Positions 53,180-63,230 of a stretch of 64,000 nucleotides of DNA are shown one piece after another. This DNA is from an uncultured Anaerolineales bacterium. GTDB taxonomy: Bacteria > Chloroflexota > Anaerolineae > Anaerolineales > UBA11858. Every line of letters begins with the position of its first letter. The first letter of the stretch is position 1. The notes under the pieces are model-generated. The model was not told where the DNA came from and did not search any database. It saw nothing but the letters and a program-made list of their open reading frames with translations. Position numbers and translations under genes: made by a program. The DNA lies in the NCBI GenBank assembly GCA_964457375.1, contig CAYWFK010000003.1, positions 4,652-68,651 of the forward strand, in the 5' to 3' direction.

Positions 53180-55432
53180 ATGGTTGAAGAGCGTAAACAA
53201 GGAACCTTGACGGATGTGCACCTTGCCGGGGCGGAAGATGAATCCATGTCTCCGGTGCTGCGTACATTGAAAAAGGCGTGGGGGAAGTTCGGACGGTTTG
53301 CCTGGGATGCCGGCGGTGTCTTTTTGCTGGCGCTGGCTGTGATGACCTTGCTTGCCTGGATTGCGCCGCAGTGGGCTAATGGGGTTGTGCTAACCTGGTG
53401 GATGGCGCATGTGCGCCAGTGGTTTGGCTGGGGAAGCTTTCTTGTGATTTTGGCGAGCGGAATGGCCGGCCTGGCTTTATTGCGCAAGGGTATCGACGAT
53501 ACACCGCTGATGCGTTGGCGAAAGGTGTTTGCTCTGGAAGCAGCCGCTTTTGCGTTGCTGGGTTTGCTGACTCTCGCCGGCAAGCAGCAGCTCACGCGGG
53601 CAGATGCAGGGCTTGACGGCGGGGTTGTCGGCTGGGGGTTGGTCGAAATGATGAGAATGATTTTACCCCTGTTTTGGGCGGGCGTTTTTTTTGCCATGAT
53701 CTTCCTTGGCGGCAGTATCTATGGCTTTGGCTTGGGCAAAGTGATTCGACGAGGATTGAAACGATTGATCTATGGCAAGGAGAAGGCATCGGACGGCGGC
53801 CTTATCTCGGAGCCTGCCATTAGCATTGCACCCTTTCAGGATGAAGCGGCGGAGAGAAGCAGAAAGGTGATGGCGAGGAAACAAAAAGTGCGCGTTTCTC
53901 CTAAATTCCGCAAACAATTCAAAATCGAGCCGCAGGAGGAAGAGCGGGTCATTTCTCAGGATGAACGGGATGACCGATTGCCTCCACTGGACTTACTCAC
54001 CGGCGGTAAAAGCGCATTGCCGGATGAACGTCATATCAATCAGCGTGCCGGTTTAATCGAACAGACCCTGGCAGAGTTTGGCATTCCTGCCAAGGTGATT
54101 GATTTTCAGGTAGGCCCCACGGTTACCCAGTTTGCTGTGGAACCGGGTTTTTTGGAAAAGCCGGGTACGGAAGCCGAAGAAGCAAGGCTGCGTAAGGTGC
54201 GGGTTTCACAAATATCCAGCCTGGCACGGGATTTGTCTTTGGCGCTTTCTGCTGAACGGCTGCGTGTGCAGGCACCTGTCCCCGGGCGTCCCTACGTGGG
54301 CATCGAAGTGCCAAATGAACATTCAACAGTGGTTCACCTGCGCCCCATTTTGGAAACCGAAGCTTTCTACAAACTGCAATCATCTTTGGCTATTGCTCTG
54401 GGCAGGGATGTTTCCGGCAAGCCCGTGATTGCCGATCTCTCTGCGATGCCACATATGTTGATTGCAGGGACGACGGGATCAGGTAAATCGGTTTGTATTG
54501 CCGCAATCACCACTTGCCTGGTGATGAACAATGCGCCGGAGGATTTACGCCTGGTAATGATCGATCCGAAAATGGTCGAGCTGGTGCGCTTCAACGGATT
54601 GCCCCATATTTATTGGAAGGTCGAAACGAATTTGGAACGCATTCTTGGCGTGCTGCGTTGGGTGGTCAGGGAGATGGAACGCCGGTATGAATTGCTGGAA
54701 AAATCACGCTCACGCAATATCGATACGTATAACCGAAAAATGCGCCGGCGGAAGAACGGGGAAGTGCTGCCGAGGATTGTCGTGATGATCGATGAACTGG
54801 CCGATTTGATGATGTCGGCACCGGACGAGACGGAACACAGTTTGGTACGTTTGGCACAAATGGCGCGGGCGACCGGTATTCATTTGGTGGTTGCCACCCA
54901 GCGGCCAAGCACGGATGTTGTTACCGGTTTGATCAAAGCCAATTTCCCGGCAAGGATTTCTTTTGCTGTGGCTTCGTCGATTGATTCGCGTGTGATTTTG
55001 GATACGACGGGTGCGGAAACGCTGCTGGGCAAAGGCGATATGCTGTTCTTGCCCCCTGATATTGGCAAACCGCTCCGCGTGCAAGGTGTGCTGGTCTCGG
55101 ATAAGGAAATTGAACGAGTACTTAATTACTGGCAAACTGCTTATCAAAAAGAATCTCCCGAAGCAGCCCCATGGGATAAAATGATGGAAGATGAAGCTGC
55201 CAAGGCGGAAAAAGATGATATGCTGGAAAGGGCAATCGAATTGGTTCGCCGCACCCAAAAAGCAAGTACATCCATGGTTCAACGCCGCCTGCGGATTGGT
55301 TACCCGCGTGCAGCACGCCTGATGGATGAAATGGAAGAGCTTGGCATTGTCGGGCCATCGTTGGGAGGGGGGCGCGAGCGTGTTGTCCTCGTCGGTCCGG
55401 AAGAGGACGATGACTACGAAGATGATTATTGA
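53180..55432 (+). CDS. ftsK: DNA translocase FtsK/SpoIIIE
   Basis: N-terminal TM helices, a linker, the motor domain with Walker A GTTGSGKSV and Walker B VVMIDELADL, and a C-terminal gamma wHTH (ASTSMVQRRLRIGYPRAARLMD). Confidence 0.93.
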   Translation: MVEERKQGTLTDVHLAGAEDESMSPVLRTLKKAWGKFGRFAWDAGGVFLLALAVMTLLAWIAPQWANGVVLTWWMAHVRQWFGWGSFLVILASGMAGLALLRKGIDDTPLMRWRKVFALEAAAFALLGLLTLAGKQQLTRADAGLDGGVVGWGLVEMMRMILPLFWAGVFFAMIFLGGSIYGFGLGKVIRRGLKRLIYGKEKASDGGLISEPAISIAPFQDEAAERSRKVMARKQKVRVSPKFRKQFKIEPQEEERVISQDERDDRLPPLDLLTGGKSALPDERHINQRAGLIEQTLAEFGIPAKVIDFQVGPTVTQFAVEPGFLEKPGTEAEEARLRKVRVSQISSLARDLSLALSAERLRVQAPVPGRPYVGIEVPNEHSTVVHLRPILETEAFYKLQSSLAIALGRDVSGKPVIADLSAMPHMLIAGTTGSGKSVCIAAITTCLVMNNAPEDLRLVMIDPKMVELVRFNGLPHIYWKVETNLERILGVLRWVVREMERRYELLEKSRSRNIDTYNRKMRRRKNGEVLPRIVVMIDELADLMMSAPDETEHSLVRLAQMARATGIHLVVATQRPSTDVVTGLIKANFPARISFAVASSIDSRVILDTTGAETLLGKGDMLFLPPDIGKPLRVQGVLVSDKEIERVLNYWQTAYQKESPEAAPWDKMMEDEAAKAEKDDMLERAIELVRRTQKASTSMVQRRLRIGYPRAARLMDEMEELGIVGPSLGGGRERVVLVGPEEDDDYEDDY

Positions 55433-55479
55433 GTATTGTCAGTGAATCTTTGCGGCAAGCAGGCGCAGGTTTTCTTTTC

Positions 55480-55508
55480 TTGACAGGCGGGATGGCTTGC
55501 GATAGCAT
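55480..55508 (+). promoter_or_regulatory. candidate sigma70-type promoter
   Basis: TTGACA (55480-55485), 17-nt spacer, TAGCAT (55503-55508), 63 nt upstream of GTG 55571. Confidence 0.4.
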
Positions 55509-55570
55509 ACACTGCAAAGTAACGGAATCTTGGACGGGACGGGACACTCCTTCCCGAAAGGACGACAAAA

Positions 55571-56179
55571 GTGAACAGTGCAGCAGACACAAAGCATAAA
55601 CCCACACTAACGGAACTGATGAGGGTCCGGTTCAAAAATGTACTTGACCCGATTGGCGGCTTTTTGAACCGGTTGGGAATACAGCCTAATACGATGACCT
55701 TGATGGGTCTGGTCGGGAACACGATCGGTGCGTATTTTCTGGCGATGGGGAATATTACACTTGGCGGCGTCCTCGTGCTGCTGATGGGTCCTATCGATGC
55801 CCTGGATGGGACGATGGCACGCTTGCGGGGTGAACCCAGCCGTTTCGGGGCTTTTGTCGATTCAGTGACCGATCGCTATTCGGAATTGGTGATTTTTTTC
55901 GGTTTGCTGGTTTATTTTATTCACGGGGGAAACTGGTGGCATATTGCCGTTGTTTATCTGGCTGCCGCCGGTTCGGTGCTGGTTTCCTACACGCGTGCAA
56001 GGGCTGAAAGCCTGGGGTATGATGTAAAAATCGGGTTGTTGACGAGAATGGAAAGATATTTCATTCTTGTTCCTACCCTGGTGCTGAATATTCCCTTGGT
56101 CGGTGTTTCGCTGATTGCGCTGTTTGCCAATATCACTGCGGTTCAGCGTATTCTCTATATTCGCAAGCAGTCCGGATAG
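55571..56179 (+). CDS. CDP-alcohol phosphatidyltransferase family protein
   Basis: The signature D-G-x2-A-R-x8-G-x3-D-x3-D is present as DALDGTMARLRGEPSRFGAFVDSVTDR. GTG start with AAGGA upstream. ATG 55619 is an alternative. Confidence 0.85.
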   Translation: MNSAADTKHKPTLTELMRVRFKNVLDPIGGFLNRLGIQPNTMTLMGLVGNTIGAYFLAMGNITLGGVLVLLMGPIDALDGTMARLRGEPSRFGAFVDSVTDRYSELVIFFGLLVYFIHGGNWWHIAVVYLAAAGSVLVSYTRARAESLGYDVKIGLLTRMERYFILVPTLVLNIPLVGVSLIALFANITAVQRILYIRKQSG

Positions 56180-56240
56180 TTCTGCGTTTATCCGGATAGA
56201 TTATTATCCCGAAAAATTTATCTTTCAAGAGGAGTGTATT

Positions 56241-57035
56241 ATGCCAATTGGATTTCAGGTAGGACCGTTCTTCATACGTTTCTATGGAATCATTGTAATG
56301 CTTGGGGCGGCAATGGGTGCCTTGTTGGCTGAAAGAGAAGCCAAAAGAAGAAACCTCAATACTGATATGGTATGGGACAGTTTTTTCTGGTTGTTGATTG
56401 GCGGTATTGTCGGTGCACGTTTGTGGCATATTTTCACCCCTTCGGAATCATTGGTTGCTCAGGGGATAACCACGCAATATTACCTCACACACCCGCTGGA
56501 GGCCATCGATCTCCGGAACGGGGGATTGGGTATTCCAGGCGCTGTGATTGGCGGTTTGCTCGCTTTGTATATATACACACGAATCAAAAAGCAGAGTTTC
56601 GGGGTGTGGACGGATATTACTGCTCCGGCTTTGGCTCTCGGGCAGGCAATCGGGCGCTGGGGGAATTTCATCAATCAGGAATTGTATGGACGACCGACTG
56701 ATCTTCCCTGGGGTATTTATATCAAACCGCAAAACCGCTTGTCCGGCTTTTCAGAGTACACTCGGTTTCACCCGCTTTTCCTTTATGAGTCAATCTGGAA
56801 TTTGGCCAATATGGCATTGTTGTTGTGGCTGGCAAGACGGTATGAAGATGTGCTGAAACCGGGGGATCTTTTCCTGGTGTATTTGATTGTGTATCCTCTG
56901 GGACGGTTTTTCCTGGAATTTTTAAGGCTGGATGTGCCGCATATTGGCAGTTTGGATACCAACCAGATGTTCATGGCAGTGGTTGTTGTTGCCGCTACAC
57001 TTGCTTTGTTTCTCAGGCACCGTAAAACAGCATAA
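56241..57035 (+). CDS. lgt: prolipoprotein diacylglyceryl transferase
   Basis: Start moved to ATG 56241 (GAGGAG upstream). Motifs FIRFYGIIVMLG, GGIVGARLWH and GRWGNFINQELYGRPTDLPWG. Confidence 0.92.
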   Translation: MPIGFQVGPFFIRFYGIIVMLGAAMGALLAEREAKRRNLNTDMVWDSFFWLLIGGIVGARLWHIFTPSESLVAQGITTQYYLTHPLEAIDLRNGGLGIPGAVIGGLLALYIYTRIKKQSFGVWTDITAPALALGQAIGRWGNFINQELYGRPTDLPWGIYIKPQNRLSGFSEYTRFHPLFLYESIWNLANMALLLWLARRYEDVLKPGDLFLVYLIVYPLGRFFLEFLRLDVPHIGSLDTNQMFMAVVVVAATLALFLRHRKTA

Positions 57036-57195
57036 TTGATTTTCCGTAAACGGTTTGTCGGGGTTTGCGGCACCGGCTGTTTGCCGGTAACGTCATTTCC
57101 CTGGTAGTTGTTTTTATCTGATTGTTCTGCGCTTTGCTAAACTGTTAGGAAAAGCATCAGGGATATTTCCACTGAGTCGGGTAGAATGGTCGTAT

Positions 57196-58137
57196 ATGAT
57201 TCTCACGGAGAACCTGAGTAAAAAGTTCAATGAATTTCTGGCCGTCGATCGTGTGAATTTAAGCGTCGACGCCGGAGAAGTGCTGGCGCTGCTGGGCCCG
57301 AACGGAGCCGGGAAAACGACCACAATCCGGATGTTGACCTCTGTTTTGCGCCCATCCGGCGGCAGTGCGATTGTTGCCGGCTATGATGTGCGCAAAGAGC
57401 CTGAGATGGTTCGGGCATCGGTGGGGGTCTTGACCGAACAGCATGGTTTGTATAACCGTATGCCGGCTAATGAATATCTGGACTTTTTCGGCAGTTTATA
57501 CGGTATGGACGCGGAAGACCGCACAAAACGTGTCGATGAACTGCTGGGTAAATTCGGCTTGACGGATGTCGCCGGGAAGCGTATCGGTGAGTTTTCCAAG
57601 GGCATGCGGCAAAAACTGGCACTTGCCCGTGCATTGATTCATAATCCTCCGGTGTTGCTGCTGGACGAACCTACTTCGGCAATGGACCCGGAAAGCGCCC
57701 GCCTGGTAAGGAACTCGATTGAGGCACTTCGCTCTGAGGAGAGGACGATCATCATTTGTACGCACAACCTCTCGGAAGCGGAAGAGCTTGCCGACAAAAT
57801 CGCCATCATCCGGCATGGGCGCATCATTGCCAAAGGATCCCCGCAGACTTTGAGAAGACAAATACTCGGTGCACCGGTTTTCGAGCTTCGCTTTACCGGT
57901 GTTTTGCGTGAAACGGAATTACATTTGCCTGATTCGGTACATGTGCTCAGGGTGGAAAAAGACCGAATCCGTTATCAGGCTGAAGCGCCTGCGGAAACCA
58001 ATTCGCTGGTTTTGCGAGCCTTGCTTCGGCAGGATATCAACGTTTTGAGCCTGAAAGAAGTCAACAGCACTTTGGAGCAGGTTTATATGCAAGTGATCAA
58101 CTCGGCGGGGAGAGCGGAGGCAGACCTTGTTTCATAA
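57196..58137 (+). CDS. ABC transporter ATP-binding protein (ABC-2/DrrA-like)
   Basis: Walker A GPNGAGKTT, signature FSKGMRQKL, Walker B LLLDEPTSAMD and the H-loop CTHNL. Confidence 0.92.
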   Translation: MILTENLSKKFNEFLAVDRVNLSVDAGEVLALLGPNGAGKTTTIRMLTSVLRPSGGSAIVAGYDVRKEPEMVRASVGVLTEQHGLYNRMPANEYLDFFGSLYGMDAEDRTKRVDELLGKFGLTDVAGKRIGEFSKGMRQKLALARALIHNPPVLLLDEPTSAMDPESARLVRNSIEALRSEERTIIICTHNLSEAEELADKIAIIRHGRIIAKGSPQTLRRQILGAPVFELRFTGVLRETELHLPDSVHVLRVEKDRIRYQAEAPAETNSLVLRALLRQDINVLSLKEVNSTLEQVYMQVINSAGRAEADLVS

Positions 58138-59560
58138 ACTGAAACCCGTTTTCATCATCATGAAGCGAGAAGTCCGTGACCAGTTCCGCGACTGGCGGAT
58201 TATTTTACCGATTCTTGCTCTTACGCTGCTTTTCCCCGGGCTGATGAATTTGACGGCACAAAAAGTGGTTTCGTATGTCGAAAAGTTCGATGCGCCGCTC
58301 ATCGGGAATCGTTTGATTCCTTTTCTTCTGATGATTGTCGGTTTTTTCCCGATTTCTGTCTCGCTGGTGATTGCTCTCGAAAGTTTCGTGGGGGAGAAGG
58401 AACGCCGGAGTATCGAACCGCTGTTGAGTTCGCCGTTGACCGATTGGCAACTTTACCTTGGAAAACTGCTGGCTGTATTTATCCCGCCGCTGGCTGCAAG
58501 TTTCATTGGCATCACAGTATATCTCGCCGGAGTATACCGGCAAGTCGGCTGGGTGCCGGAGAGGACGCTGCTGATTCAGGTGCTGGCGCTGGCAACCGTG
58601 CAATCGCTGGTTATGGTCTCCGGGGCTGTCGTCGTTTCCACTCAGACAACTTCCACGCGTGCCGCCAATTTGCTGGCTTCTTTCATTGTCGTGCCTATGG
58701 CGATGCTGCTTGTCGGGGAAAGTATGGTGATGTTTTGGGCACGGTATCAGGTGCTTTGGTGGGCGATTTTCGGGCAAATGGTCATTGCCGGCTTGTTGAT
58801 TCGAACGGGAATTACGCATTTCAATCGGGAAGAGTTGTTGGGACGTGAGCTGGATGTGCTCAATTTTTCCTGGGCGTGGAAGGTTTTCCGGAAGGAATTT
58901 GTCGGGGATGCCAAAAGTGTCGGAGAATGGTATCGGCAGAGTATCCGCACTTCCCTGAAAGGGCTTGCCCTCCCCGTCTTGTTGATGGTGCTGGTGCTGG
59001 CTATCGGTTTATGGGTGGGAAGTTTGCAGGTGGAATCGTTCCCGATGACAAAGAACGTGCTCGACTTTCAGCATCCCGGCAAAGTTTTCACCGAAAGCAT
59101 GAAGCAGTTGGGGATGTTCGAGTTTTATTCGATTAGCGGGGTCGGGTATGTTTGGTTTCACAATTTGCGGACCTTGTTGATTGCCACGTTTCTGGGTTTC
59201 TTCTCGTTTGGTGTCGTTGGTATCATTGTTCTCATGCTGCCTTTTATGCTGATTGGGTATTTCATGGGGCTTGTTGCCGGTATGGGCATATCTCCATGGC
59301 TGTTTTTTGCGGCGTTTGTGCTTCCGCATGGTGTTGTCGAAATCCCTGCGATTTTGCTTGCAGGCGGTGCCATCATGAAAATGGGCGCTACTTTTGCTTC
59401 TCCGGCGGATAACCATCAGACGATCGGTGAAGCATGGCTGCATTCGATTGCGGACTGGACAAAGACAATGATTGTTTGGGTGCTCCCGCTTTTTCTGATT
59501 GCTGCTTTTCTTGAAGTATACGTGACGCCCCGGGTGGTACTTTATCTGCTCGCCAGGTGA
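58127..59560 (+). CDS. ABC-2-type permease fused to a SpoIIM/DUF95-like membrane domain
   Basis: TTG 58127 has GGAGG 6 nt upstream and overlaps the ATPase gene by 11 nt. The N-terminal half resembles NatB/ABC-2 permeases (KREVRDQFRDWRI). The C-terminal half carries FHNLRTLLIATFLG...VLPHGVVEIPAILLAGG...LIAAFLEVYVTP, typical of SpoIIM/DUF95. Confidence 0.8.
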   Translation: MFHKLKPVFIIMKREVRDQFRDWRIILPILALTLLFPGLMNLTAQKVVSYVEKFDAPLIGNRLIPFLLMIVGFFPISVSLVIALESFVGEKERRSIEPLLSSPLTDWQLYLGKLLAVFIPPLAASFIGITVYLAGVYRQVGWVPERTLLIQVLALATVQSLVMVSGAVVVSTQTTSTRAANLLASFIVVPMAMLLVGESMVMFWARYQVLWWAIFGQMVIAGLLIRTGITHFNREELLGRELDVLNFSWAWKVFRKEFVGDAKSVGEWYRQSIRTSLKGLALPVLLMVLVLAIGLWVGSLQVESFPMTKNVLDFQHPGKVFTESMKQLGMFEFYSISGVGYVWFHNLRTLLIATFLGFFSFGVVGIIVLMLPFMLIGYFMGLVAGMGISPWLFFAAFVLPHGVVEIPAILLAGGAIMKMGATFASPADNHQTIGEAWLHSIADWTKTMIVWVLPLFLIAAFLEVYVTPRVVLYLLAR

Positions 59561-59629
59561 GCATCTGGCGGGGTTGTTTGAAGTGCCGGTTTCGAGGGTA
59601 TCGACAAATCTTTCGTTGGATTAGGTTTT

Positions 59630-60388
59630 ATGGCTAAATTGATAATATTAGGTTCTTCCAATGCAATTCCGGACGCAGACCATGAAAATACGCATATGGT
59701 TCTGGCGGGGAAAACGCGAACGGTGTTGATTGACAGTCCCGGCACGCCGCTTGTCAGGCTCGCACAGGCAGGGCTGGATAGTAACCAGGTAACGGATATC
59801 ATTCTGACTCACTTCCACCCGGACCATGTATCCGGTTTACCCCCGCTGCTGATGGGCATGTGGCTGATGGGGCGGAAAGCCCCGCTTTCGATTTATGGTC
59901 TTGAAATTACGCTTAATCGGGTTGAAAGGATGATGGATTTGTATGATTGGAAGAAATGGCCTGATTTCTTTGAGGTTCGTTTCAACCCGATGGCGGAAAA
60001 CGAGGAGTTGTCGCAGGTCTTGGGGAATGATGAGCTGAAAATTTATGCTTCTCCGGTTAAGCATATTATCCCGACGATTGGCTTACGCATGGAACTGCTG
60101 GATTCGGGAAAAACGGTTGCTTATTCCTGTGATACCGAGCCATGTGATGCGGTTGTGAAGTTGGCACGGGATGCTTCGATTTTGATTCATGAAGCGGCGG
60201 GCGAATTCTTCGGGCATTCTTCTGCCCGGCAGGCGGGGCAGGATGCCCGGCAAGCGCGGGTGAAGGCTCTGGTGCTGATTCATTACGATACCTCGGAGAA
60301 GAAAGCCCGCATGCTTGAAGAAGCACGCAGCGAATTCGACGGGAATATCTCGCTGGCGAACGATTTCGATGTTATTGATCTCACCTGA
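59630..60388 (+). CDS. MBL-fold metallo-hydrolase (RNase Z/ElaC-like small form)
   Basis: 252 aa with ILTHFHPDH (HxHxDH) and downstream His/Asp ligands (SCDTEP, LIHEA). Confidence 0.8.
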   Translation: MAKLIILGSSNAIPDADHENTHMVLAGKTRTVLIDSPGTPLVRLAQAGLDSNQVTDIILTHFHPDHVSGLPPLLMGMWLMGRKAPLSIYGLEITLNRVERMMDLYDWKKWPDFFEVRFNPMAENEELSQVLGNDELKIYASPVKHIIPTIGLRMELLDSGKTVAYSCDTEPCDAVVKLARDASILIHEAAGEFFGHSSARQAGQDARQARVKALVLIHYDTSEKKARMLEEARSEFDGNISLANDFDVIDLT

Positions 60389-60420
60389 TAAGCGCGGCAC
60401 AGCACGAAACGATGCATGAT

Positions 60421-60458
60421 AAAAAACGGGTTGCCATTTGTGGCAACCCGTTTTGTTT
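60421..60458. terminator. bidirectional intrinsic terminator
   Basis: A6, then stem ACGGGTTGCCA, TTTG loop, TGGCAACCCGT (11 bp perfect), then TTTTGTTT. It lies between convergent genes. Confidence 0.8.
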
Positions 60459-60489
60459 GAAAACACATAGCTTGTTCAGGGTTCGTTGA

Positions 60490-60993
60490 TTACCAGCCGT
60501 CAAGGAAAGGCGTCCATTCCTTGCTGAGTTTCGTGTATTTCCCGTACAAGTAGCGGGCGGTGGATTTTGGTTCGACAGGCAAATGAATCAGGTACATGTT
60601 TGCCTGTTCCAGTGTGCGCCCGCCTTTGCGGTGGTTGCATTCGGCACATGCCGTGACCAGATTTTCCCACGTGTGTGCACCACCCAAATGGCGGGGAATG
60701 ACATGGTCGATGGTCAGAAAGCCGCCGCGCTTGCCACAATATTGGCAGGTATAGTGATCTCTGCGGAAGATTTCGTGCTTGTTCAATTTGACTCTCGGAC
60801 GGGGGCGGTGAATCATACGCGCCAGACGGATAATCGATGGGCGGGGGTAATGACGCGAAATGGTTGCAATGGCGCCGCGCCCGTTCAACACCAGCGTGGC
60901 TTTGCCGGCAAGGATCAGACCGATGGCACGACGTGTTGTGCATACATTGATCGGTGCAAAATTCGCGTTCAAGACGAGAACAGGTTCATGCAT
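60490..60993 (-). CDS. HNH endonuclease-domain protein
   Basis: CQYCGKRGGFLTIDHVIPRHLGGAHTWENLVTACAECNHRKG is an HNH core with CxxC...CxxC zinc ligands. Start set at ATG 60993 (MHEPVLVLNANF). Confidence 0.85.
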   Translation of the reverse strand: MHEPVLVLNANFAPINVCTTRRAIGLILAGKATLVLNGRGAIATISRHYPRPSIIRLARMIHRPRPRVKLNKHEIFRRDHYTCQYCGKRGGFLTIDHVIPRHLGGAHTWENLVTACAECNHRKGGRTLEQANMYLIHLPVEPKSTARYLYGKYTKLSKEWTPFLDGW

Positions 60994-61111
60994 GTTCCAT
61001 TCCTTCTTGCACAATGTGAAATTATAGCACGTCTTGTTCCGTCATTCCAGAAGATCTGACGGGTAATCGGGTTGAATACAATTCTTTGCAGGACTTGTGT
61101 CCCGGGTCGTT

Positions 61112-62944
61112 TTACCGCTCGGTAATACCCAGTGCGGCAAGTTTTTCTTTGGTTGGGATGCCATTGTCGTCCCAGCCGCGTTCTTTGTAAAACTCCGGAA
61201 GCATTTCATCGAGTTTCACGACGTACCCTTTCGCCGGGCCTTCCGGCAGCGGCTCGTTGAGCATGCGGTGGGGCAGGGTATCGTCTTTTCTGGAAAAACC
61301 GGCACCGACCAGGAACATTCGCTCGAGATTGTAAATCCGTTCGGCAGCCTGCATCAGGGTATCCGGTGTATAGTCTGCTCCGGTGGCCAGGTTCATGACC
61401 TTGCTCAGCATCGTGGGCCAAATTGCCGCATCGGGGTCGAAGAGATACCTTACGCTCAGGAATACACATAACCCCGCAGCATCGATCAGTGCGAATGCGT
61501 CTTCGAAGCGTTTGACCAGAAAAGCTTTGTTTTTCGTGGTAAGCGGGTCGAGTTTTTGCGGGACGCCGAAGACTTCTTCGTAAGCGAGATCCCCTTCCAT
61601 GTGAGATGCGCCGATATTGGATGTGGCATAAAGCAAGCCCATTCCCTGGGTGCCGCGCGGATCATAACCGGGAAATTCCTGCTTCTTGGCAGTTACTGCG
61701 ATTTCCGGATGCCCGTATTTTTCTGCAAGGCGGTAGCTGCCCTCAGCCAATTCGTTGCCAAAGCCTGAACGGAAGGCGATTTTTTTAACGAAATTGATCA
61801 CGGCATCCCCGTCCCCGAAACGCAGCGGCTGCCCGATGGTTTCTTCCGGAATGATACCTTTTTCATACAGCTCCATGGCTGCGGCGATGGTCATCCCGGT
61901 GGATATGGTGTCCAGGCCGAGTTCGTTGCATTGGTAGTTGGCAATTGTCAGCGCAGCGAGGTTGTCGACACCGCAGGCGCTGCCGAGTGCGGAGATTGTT
62001 TCGTATTCGGGTCCTTCTCCTTCCCCTTTGTAAGGTCCTTCGTCGACAGCTGTCAGACGGCCACAGGCAATCGGGCAGCGATAGCATGGTTTGGGGCGCA
62101 CGAGATAGTTTTTGGTTAGGGTTACGCCGTCGATATGATCGACGCCTTCGAAAACCCCCGTCTGGAAATTGCGGGTGGGAAGGATGCCCAGTTCGTTGGT
62201 GATTTGAGGAACATAGGCTGTGCCATACTCTCGCAGGGATGAGCCTTTTTTCATCGCTTCGCCGACCTCTTTGGAGATGGAAACGCAGAGTTTCTTCATT
62301 CCGGCCGGGTCGAACAAAGCCGGGTCTTTTTTACCGAAGACGACAACGGCTTTCAGATTCTTGCTGCCCATGACCGCGCCGACACCGGAACGGGCGGCGG
62401 AGCGATGTTTGTCGTTCATGATGGCAGCGAAGAGCACGCGGTTTTCGCCAGCCGGACCGATGCAGGCGACTTTGGCTTTCGGGTGAGTTTCCCGGATGAG
62501 GGCGTCGGTTGTTTCGGGCACGTTTTTCCCCCACAGATGGTCGGCTGAACGCAGTTCGATGGTGTCTTCGTTGATCCATAAATATACCGGTGAGGATGCC
62601 TTCCCTTCGAAAATGAACATATCGTATCCGGTTCGTTTCATGAAGGTTGGAAAATCCCCGCCTGAGTTCGAGTTTGTCAATGCGCCGGTAAGCGGTGATT
62701 TTGTCAGTACCATGTAGCGGTTCCCGGTGGGCGCCGGTGTGGCAGTCAGGGGACCTGTGGCAAAAATCAACTTGTTTTCGGGTGCAAAGGGGGCGACTTT
62801 CGGGTCGACTTCGTCATACAGGTATTTGATTGCCCATCCGCGCCCGCCGATGTAGTCTTTTGCGATTTTCGGGTTTACTTTTTCTGTTTTGATGATACGA
62901 TTTGTGAGATCAATTCGTACGAATTTTCCATGCCAGCCAAACAT
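61112..62944 (-). CDS. aor: aldehyde:ferredoxin oxidoreductase (tungstopterin AOR family)
   Basis: 610 aa from ATG 62944 (AAGGAG upstream). AOR N-terminal domain (GKFVRIDLTN...GGRGWAIKYLY) and Fe-S/pterin ligand region (CYRCPIACGR). Confidence 0.9.
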   Translation of the reverse strand: MFGWHGKFVRIDLTNRIIKTEKVNPKIAKDYIGGRGWAIKYLYDEVDPKVAPFAPENKLIFATGPLTATPAPTGNRYMVLTKSPLTGALTNSNSGGDFPTFMKRTGYDMFIFEGKASSPVYLWINEDTIELRSADHLWGKNVPETTDALIRETHPKAKVACIGPAGENRVLFAAIMNDKHRSAARSGVGAVMGSKNLKAVVVFGKKDPALFDPAGMKKLCVSISKEVGEAMKKGSSLREYGTAYVPQITNELGILPTRNFQTGVFEGVDHIDGVTLTKNYLVRPKPCYRCPIACGRLTAVDEGPYKGEGEGPEYETISALGSACGVDNLAALTIANYQCNELGLDTISTGMTIAAAMELYEKGIIPEETIGQPLRFGDGDAVINFVKKIAFRSGFGNELAEGSYRLAEKYGHPEIAVTAKKQEFPGYDPRGTQGMGLLYATSNIGASHMEGDLAYEEVFGVPQKLDPLTTKNKAFLVKRFEDAFALIDAAGLCVFLSVRYLFDPDAAIWPTMLSKVMNLATGADYTPDTLMQAAERIYNLERMFLVGAGFSRKDDTLPHRMLNEPLPEGPAKGYVVKLDEMLPEFYKERGWDDNGIPTKEKLAALGITER

Positions 62945-62990
62945 TTGTGACTCCTTGGAGATGGATTTGGGTGTAAAACAGGATATGAAT

Positions 62991-63230
62991 TTAACCGCCT
63001 TCCATAGCCGGAAAAACGAAGACCGCGTCATTCGGTTTTAAGGGTTCGTCCAGTGGCTTCGACAAGCCGTTGACAAGGATGACACTGGATGAATCCAGCG
63101 GGATATCGAAAAGCGAGAGGAATTCTCCCAATCCGATGCCCGGGACGGTCGTAACAACGATTGAATTTCCTTCTGCTTCAGGCGGCAGGTACTGCCGGTA
63201 GGTGGCGATGAGTTTGAGATGAACCTGCAT
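62991..63230 (-). CDS. MoaD/ThiS-family ubiquitin-like sulfur-carrier protein
   Basis: 79 aa ending ...VFVFPAMEGG (C-terminal Gly-Gly). Size fits a beta-grasp fold. ATG 63239 is an alternative start. Confidence 0.75.
   Translation of the reverse strand: MQVHLKLIATYRQYLPPEAEGNSIVVTTVPGIGLGEFLSLFDIPLDSSSVILVNGLSKPLDEPLKPNDAVFVFPAMEGG

Noticed and set aside
57182-57198. TAGAAT 8 nt before the ABC ATPase ATG, suggesting a leaderless mRNA
   Set aside because: There is no acceptable -35 hexamer, and this is a single hexamer match. It is plausible but unsupported without TSS data.
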